The position numbers and the translations under genes were made by a program. Of a stretch of 64,000 nt of DNA, positions 57,430 through 64,000 are shown one piece after another. Positions within the stretch are counted from its first letter, which is position 1. Each line of letters starts with the position of its first letter. The DNA is from Octopus vulgaris. Lineage: Eukaryota. The stretch covers positions 15,500,001 through 15,564,000 of the forward strand of contig OX597839.1 of the NCBI GenBank assembly GCA_951406725.2, given 5' to 3'. Under the pieces are notes generated by a model. It worked only from the letters and a program-made list of their open reading frames with translations, was not told the DNA's origin and did no database searches.

Positions 57430-58358
57430 CCTGGCCCCGTGTCGGTGGCACGTAAAAGCACCATCCGTTCGTGTTCGTTGCCAGCCTCGCCTGGCCCCGT
57501 GCCGGTGACACGTAAAAGCACTGTCCGTTCATGGCCGTTTGCCAGCTCTGTCTGGCCCCGTGTCGGTGGCACGTAAAAGCACCATCCGTTCGTGGCCGTT
57601 TGCCAGCTCTGTCTGGCCCCGTGTCGGTGGCACGTAAAAGCACCATCCGTTCGTGTCTGTTGCCAGCCTCGGCTGGCCCCCGTGCCGGTGACACGTAAAA
57701 GCACTGTCCGCTCGTGGCCGTTTGCCAGCTCTGTCTGGCAACCGTGTCGGTGGCACGTAAAAGCACCATCCGTTCGCGTCCGTTGCCAGCCTCGGCTGGC
57801 CCCCGTGCCGGTGACACGTAAAAGCACCGTCCGCTCGTGGCCGTTTGCCAGCTCTGTCTGGCAACCGTGTCGGTGGCACGTAAAAGCACCATCCGTTCGC
57901 GTCCGTTGCCAGCCTCGGCTGGCCCCCGTGCCGGTGACACGTAAAAGCACCATCCGTTCGTGGCCGGTTGCCAGCTCTGTCTGGCCCCGTGTCGGTGACA
58001 CGTAAAAGCACCGTCCGTTCGTGGCCGGTTGCCAGCTCTGTCTGGCCCCGTGTCGGTGGCATGTAAAAGCACCATCCGTTCGTGTCCGTTGCCAGCATCG
58101 CCTGGCCCCGTGCCGGTGACACGTAAAAGCACCATCCGTTCGTGGCCGTTCGCCAGCTCTGTCTGGCACCTGTGCAGGTGGCACGTAAAAAACACCCACT
58201 ACACTCACGGAGTGGTTGGCGTTAGGAAGGGCATCCAGCCGTAGAAACACTGCCAGATCTGACTGGGCCTGACGAAGCCTTCCAGCTTCACAGACCCCAG
58301 TTGACCCGTCCAACACATGCTAGCATGGAAAGCGGACGCTAAACGATGATGATGATGA
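57430..58358 (+). mobile_element. Young RTE 3' UTR with 13 tandem units of about 61 bp and a (GAT)n tail
   Basis: Unit GTGTCGGTGGCACGTAAAAGCACCATCCGTTCGTGGCCGTTTGCCAGCTCTGTCTGGCCCC, followed by the standard RTE 3' end. Confidence 0.93.
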
Positions 58359-58397
58359 TATATATATATATATAGGGCATGTATATATATATATATA

Positions 58398-58752
58398 GGG
58401 CACAGGAATGGCTGAGTGGTAAGAAGCTTCAGTCCCACTGCATGACACCTTGGACAAGTGTCGTCTACTATAACCTTGGGCCGACCAAAGCCTTGTGAGT
58501 GGATTTGGTAGATGGAAACTGAAAGAACTTTGTTACGTATATATGTATGTGTGTGTCTTTGTATCTGTGTTTGTTCCCCCCCCCCCATACAGACACATAC
58601 GCAAACACATCACTCTGTGGTGTGCAGAGAAGACTGATAGAATAAGTGACAGGCTTACAAAGTCTAAGTCCAGGGATCAGTTTCTTCAACTAAAAGGCAA
58701 TGCTCCGGAATGGTCCCATTCAAATGACTGAAACAAGTAAAAGAATGAAAGA
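58398..58752 (+). mobile_element. tRNA-derived SINE (older copy of the 21599-22000 family)
   Basis: GGGCACAGGAATGGCTGAGTGGTAAG head and CAAATGACTGAAACAAGTAAAAGAA tail. Confidence 0.85.
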
Positions 58753-58759
58753 ATATATT

Positions 58760-59651
58760 CAGGGTGCATTGAATAAACTGTTGTCTAAATTACGCAAAAA
58801 TGAAAATAACACTGACATCTCATTTTAACAGACATATTTACCAAAATTACATAAAAATATCTTGAAATACTAAAGAGTAAATTTATTTAATAAAATTGCC
58901 ATTGGCTTCAACTACACCCTCCAGACGATTTCAGAATCTCCTGCAACTCTTCTGGATGGTCTCCTTGTTTAAGTTGGTGAATGCTGCCATAATCCTTGCC
59001 TTCGGTTCATCTTTGGTGTTACAAGGAGTTTTGTTGGTCTCTCGCTCACTGCACCCCACACATAATAATCAAGGGGTTTGCAGTCTGGGGAGTTAGGTGA
59101 CCAGATGTTAGGGGTGATGTGGTTGTAGAAATTGTCTGACAGCCATAACTGCTTGTGTGGCATGGTGTGGCATGGATCCTGTTGCCAGACATAGGGTCTC
59201 CCAGTAGCCACCCTCTTTATCCAGGGCAGCACTACCTTCTCCAGACACTTTATGTAGGCCTCCATGTTGAATCTGAGGTTGTGTGGGAAGATGAATGGAA
59301 GCATAACACCACCATCACTAGTGATGACTCTAAACACCTTGATGTTAATTGGATGTTTGATTTTTATCACTCTTGGTACACATCCTCAGATTGAACTGTC
59401 CTCAGATTGACACCCAAAGACTCTGAAGTGTTCATATTGGAGCTTCCAGCATGAATGTCAAGCATGAATGTCAAGCAATACAGCATCTCGTTTCCAATTT
59501 CTGGCAGAGGGAATTGTCTCATAGTGCTGTTTTTCTCACAGACAGTGCCCAATGTCTCAACTATACTGTATAGTTGACAAATTCGAAAACAAATAATGTA
59601 CATGCACAAAATTAAAAATATAAAATAGTGACACTTTATCCATGACACCCT
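58760..59651 (-). mobile_element. Degraded Tc1/mariner transposon
   Basis: WQQD and WSPNSPDCKPLDYYVWG motifs (ORF 58969..59370). Decayed TIRs CAGGGTG.. / ..CACCCT. Confidence 0.82.
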
Positions 59652-59912
59652 ATATATATATATATGAGGAATTTTAATTCCAGCTTGATATGCTTGTATA
59701 AAGTGTCAGCCCTTTAATTCATTTATGTAGTTTCACTTCCTATAAAAAACAAAGTACATGTCCTCTACTTCTGCGTTGTTTTCTATTTCTCCCATTTATA
59801 CCACAAAATCAAGATATATATAATTTAAGAAAAATAAATTTTGATTTTTATAGTTTTGTTTTATGCTGTTCATACACGACACCTTTTAAGACTTCCTTCC
59901 TCTCGTTCTCAG

Positions 59913-60023
59913 TGATGACAAAGAAGAAATAAAGCAAGAGCAAATGAAAATCAAAGAAACTATAGGACATTCAAAGGAGGCATACAAAAAGGCAAACAAA
60001 TTTTTGAAGGAAACTTTATCAAG
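59913..60023 (+). CDS. CFAP74: CFAP74-like coding exon 6 (111 nt)
   Basis: TTCTCAG|..AG|GTAAGT. Encodes ..SKEAYKKANKFLKETLS, similar to human ARKNHKVAVRFLKASLG as I recall it. Confidence 0.85.
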
Positions 60024-60188
60024 GTAAGTTATTGCAATGTTCTAAATGTAAATCTCCTGTAATCTTTATATTGATAAATTTATTCCTCATCAAAAGTGTT
60101 AGCTTTCTTATAGTAAAGATTAATTATACAATTTCAGTTATCAAATATATCCCATCCCTCCACCATATTCTCTTTTCCTTGTTCAAGT

Positions 60189-60219
<31 letters not shown>

Positions 60220-62083
60220 CACACACACCATTCATTGTTTCTGCCTTTGCAGGCAGCTTAATCTTACATGCCTCCATACACATAACTGTTAGGGATGGGT
60301 GCCAGACCACTGGAATTGGATGGACAGTGAGGTTCTTTTAGACTGACTTCCTCTCCTGTCGGAAAACTTTTTTCTTTATCCACTTAATTTCATCATACCA
60401 GAACAAAGCAACAATCTTTAATAAGCTCTTTGAATACATTTAAAGCGTAGCAAGGAGGGAGTTCTTTTATGATGCCCAAAAGCAAGTCCCTTGATAGAAA
60501 CATAATACATTGTTGAACAGGTTTGTTACAAGCCAATGATCAACTTTATTTACTTTGCATTTTTGTAAAAAAATAATGTTGTTAGTTACTGGTTTCCAAA
60601 GGGCCAATCATTGGTATATGGCATTTATGCGGCAAAAGTGTCGAAGGGGTGTTTATGCAATGCATTTACTACAAATATTGTCATTGTCATGTACCATATG
60701 CTTTGCAGCTCATTGATTATACTACAACAAAAGTCGTCTTGATTAAATGTGAGTTTTCCCATCAGATGAAACCACAACATTACTTCATTCTAACTTTCTC
60801 ATAGTGTTTTCTTGACAAAGATATTGGAGTGGTTTGCAATTCCCTAACTGGATGGCTATTTAGCCACAAGGATCTCATCTGTCCTTCAACAGGTCTTGTT
60901 TTTAGTCCTACTGGATGTCCAGACACCTTCTTCACAAGAGTCACAAACTACTCAAGTGGGATAGCCTGTTTAGTCACTGACCACTCGACTGTGGAACAAG
61001 TAGTTCTGATCTACATGTTACTCACCATTCTGGTGAGATCCCTGACCTGACTTCGTTAACAAATATCATAAAGAGGAAAGTAGAAGTGGGAATGATGACA
61101 ACATAAAGACCATAATGGGTGGGTGAAGAGAGCAAGAGTATAATGGAAAAGGCTGTATTTTTGGAGTGGAGTCAATGGCAGAGTATAGGGCAAAGGATTG
61201 GCAAGAGTAGGTGACAAGTTGCAATGGAAGTGGCTCCAAGGAAAGAGGGTCATAACTGGCAGTACAGAAATGATGAGGTTACAGCATGTTGGGTGCAGAG
61301 AGTTCTATGCAGTCTTTTATACATGGCCCAGATATGGGAGAGTGATAAGAATGATGTGTGTAGCAAGATGAAGGACAGAATTATATGAGTGAAAGAGGTG
61401 GAGGACAAGATGAGCCATGGGTAGATGAGAGGTGGGTGTTCAGAATGCAAGGTGGTGGGGAGCAGCAAATGAAAGCTTGACAAGGTGTAAAATCTCACAG
61501 CCTCTAAACAATATTCATATGTCCACATGTCATCAATGTATGTTTTGCTGTGGGTAGTCATATTTACTGCACGGCATATCACCAACCAATCAGGTCCTTT
61601 TGTGTGTAGTTAATTGAATTGTTTTTATATTGCTGGTATTTTCTGTATTGGTTTGACCAAATACATAAAAGACAAAGTCAGTCCCAGGACGCAACTAAAT
61701 AACCTGAGCTATTTTGTTTAATGTCTCTCAAACACTACTTCCACAATAACAATATCAATAAGAAATATGCTTAAGAATTAAATATAAGCATATACTATTG
61801 TTGTTAATTAGTTCCAGATCAGTCCTGATCAAAGAAACCTATAAACAAAGACATTCAGGCTATAGTCATTCACCCTTTTTTTTTTCTTTTCTAGAATAGT
61901 ATACACTGAACTACATTGTCCTATGTGTCCTTTCTTATGATAGCATGCTGTAGTATGAGGAGACATCCCTTTCATTTCTAGCAACCATTCAGAGACTCCC
62001 TACTGCTTTGAGAATATGTATGTGTTTATTGTAGGAATTTAAGGATTAAATGAATGATAATGAAGAAGAAATTAAATTTTCAG

Positions 62084-62183
62084 GATTCAAGAAAGTGATG
62101 AGAAAAACAACGAAGAATATAAAGCTTATATGAAGCAAAGAATGGAGACTGTTCTGAAGTTGAAAGAATCTATTGATGCTAGT
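62084..62183 (+). CDS. CFAP74: CFAP74-like coding exon 7 (100 nt); the gene continues beyond the window
   Basis: TTTTCAG|..AGT|GTAAGT. Encodes RIQESDEKNNEEYKAYMKQRMETVLKLKESIDAS, similar to human RIREQEKKEEMECHEYMRRRMDAVVALKGSISAN as I recall it. Confidence 0.87.
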
Positions 62184-62397
62184 GTAAGTATACCTCACTG
62201 CCATCACACTGGAATGGTAACCATTGCTACTCCACAGAGTCAAGTTACCACACTGCTGCTACATGGCAGTGCTATGTCCCCAACACTGTTACTACACTGT
62301 AATATCACAGTGTAGTGTCATTCTGTAACACTTTTACTGTATAGAATCATTCTGCTACACAGTTGTTACACTGTAGTGACAGCATACTACATTATTA

Positions 62398-63286
62398 CAG
62401 GGTGTCCCAAAAGTCACTGATGGGCTTCAACTTTTAATAACTTGCTTAACTTTACAAATAAATGCATGAAATTTTGATACAATATAAAGGACATAATGGA
62501 AATTCATATGCATAAGTCAAATTTTGCAACATTACTGCATTACATATGAAAAATGACATTGCTTAAAGGGCAGCCATTTTCGGCTTTGCATGCCCATGCT
62601 CTTTCCAAAACTTGCACCATAACACCCTCAATTGTTTTAGACCCTACTTCACTGATTTCTCTATTGATGTTCTCCTTCAGTTGCACCATAGTCTCCAGTT
62701 TGTTGATGTAAACCCTCTTTCAGGTATCCCCACAAGAAAAACTCTGGGCTAGTCAAGTCTGGGGAACGTGAAGGCCATTCAAAGTAGACCTCACACATGG
62801 TTCCAGCAAGATGGTGCAACTTCTCATACTGCAAGATGCAAGAGAAACAATGCAGTTGCTACAGCAGTGCTTTGGAGAGAGAATAATCTATGTCAGTGTC
62901 AACTAGCTTTCATGTTCCCCAGACTTGACAAGCCTGGATTTTTTCTTGAGGGGATACCTGAAAGAGAGAGTTTTCATCAACAAACTAGAGACCCTGATGC
63001 AACTGAAGGAGAACATCAATAGAAAAATAAGAGAAGTGGAGTCTGAAACTCTTGAGGGTGTTATGTTGCAAGTTTTGGAAAAAGCTCAGGTGTGCAGAGC
63101 TGAAAATGGCTGCCCTTTAAGCAATGTCATTTTTCCTATGTGATGTAGTGGTGTTGCAAAATTTGACTTGTGCATATTAATTTTCATTATGCCCTTTATA
63201 TTCTATCAAAATTTCATGCATTTATTTTGTTAAGTTTATGAAGTTATTAAAAATTAAAACCCATCAGTGACTTTTGGGATACCCTG
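62398..63286. mobile_element. Palindromic Tc1/mariner derivative built from two transposon 3' ends (arms of about 380 bp)
   Basis: TA|CAGGGTGTCCCAAAAGTCACTGATGGG...CCCATCAGTGACTTTTGGGATACCCTG|TA. WFQQDGA in the spacer. SPDLTS-DFFL-GYLKE coding sequence present in both orientations. Confidence 0.9.
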
Positions 63287-64000
63287 TACTATACTGTAGC
63301 ACCTTGTTGCCTCAAAAATATCATTTTATCACACTGCTAGTACACTGAAATGTCAAATTGGCATGTTGCTACTTCACAGTGGTGTCAGGTTTTTCATATC
63401 ACTACAACACCACAGTGTCAGATTACCTCACACTATTATATTATGATATATGAAGATGTTACTGTTTCTACTGTTGTGCAGTGTCAGAGTTTTCACTCAA
63501 TTACCTGCCACACTTTATTTTCATTTTACTGTGCAGATACTGTATTACAACACCAAACTACTACTCCACCACACAGTCAAGTTACCACACTACTACTCTA
63601 CTGCATTGCTGTGTTATTACTCTGCTACTACATTGATGTTTTGTATTACTACACTGCTAATACCTGCTTTCAGTCACTTGATTCTACCACAACTACCACT
63701 CTGGATTGTGTGCTCTCATGCACCTGTATAAGAAGGGAAATTTGAGAGGTGGGGTTAGTCAATTAAGTCTAATCCAGTACTTTACTAATACTTTTATTGA
63801 CCTCAGAAAGATGAAATGCAAAGCTGATCTTAAACCCTGCTGAGGTCATCTTTGCTTTCCACCTTTCCAGGGTCAGGTAGAGTACCCATATTATAAGGTA
63901 AACAATCTGATGTCCTTTTTAGTCTTCCAATTTTCTGCCAATCTTACCTGCATTACTATAATGAGCATAAAAAATCTAATTGGAAATAATTGTGTAGTGA

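Noticed and set aside
57438-57500. Resemblance of the repeat unit to a pistol ribozyme (CGUG..CACG-UAAA)
   Set aside because: P2/P3 and the conserved catalytic segments are absent; only a simple pseudoknot is supported
57430-58200. CRISPR-like appearance and overlapping 200-320 aa ORFs
   Set aside because: No unique spacers and no cas genes, eukaryotic context; the units are RTE 3' UTR repeats and the ORFs are by-products

Overview
Eukaryotic, AT-rich animal DNA. The SINE/RTE/(TA)n repertoire suggests an octopus (inference). The window has two very different halves. 1-33.8 kb is a mosaic of huge (TA)n/(TATG)n/(CA)n microsatellites holding young transposons: four copies of one CR1/L2-group LINE (one with an uninterrupted RT ORF), a second CR1-like LINE, a near full-length RTE LINE (APE-RT-PHD), RTE 3' fragments, a Penelope-like element (RT + GIY-YIG), a non-autonomous Helitron, a Tc1/mariner MITE and tRNA-derived SINEs. 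38.8-64 kb holds the first seven coding exons of a + strand gene that I recognise as CFAP74. The exons splice in frame with GT-AG ends, and the introns contain older decayed elements and two long fold-back elements. The most interesting signals are RNA structures inside the retroelements: two non-canonical minimal hammerhead-ribozyme candidates (a U3-A8 core and a CUGUUGA core), an HDV-like ribozyme candidate, a tandemly amplified compact H-type pseudoknot in the RTE 3' UTR (13 copies in one array), and a covarying 3' stem-loop shared by a LINE and two SINE families. Most long ORFs in the track (YI/CV/HT repeats) are microsatellite artefacts. All structure and family calls were made by eye and are untested.
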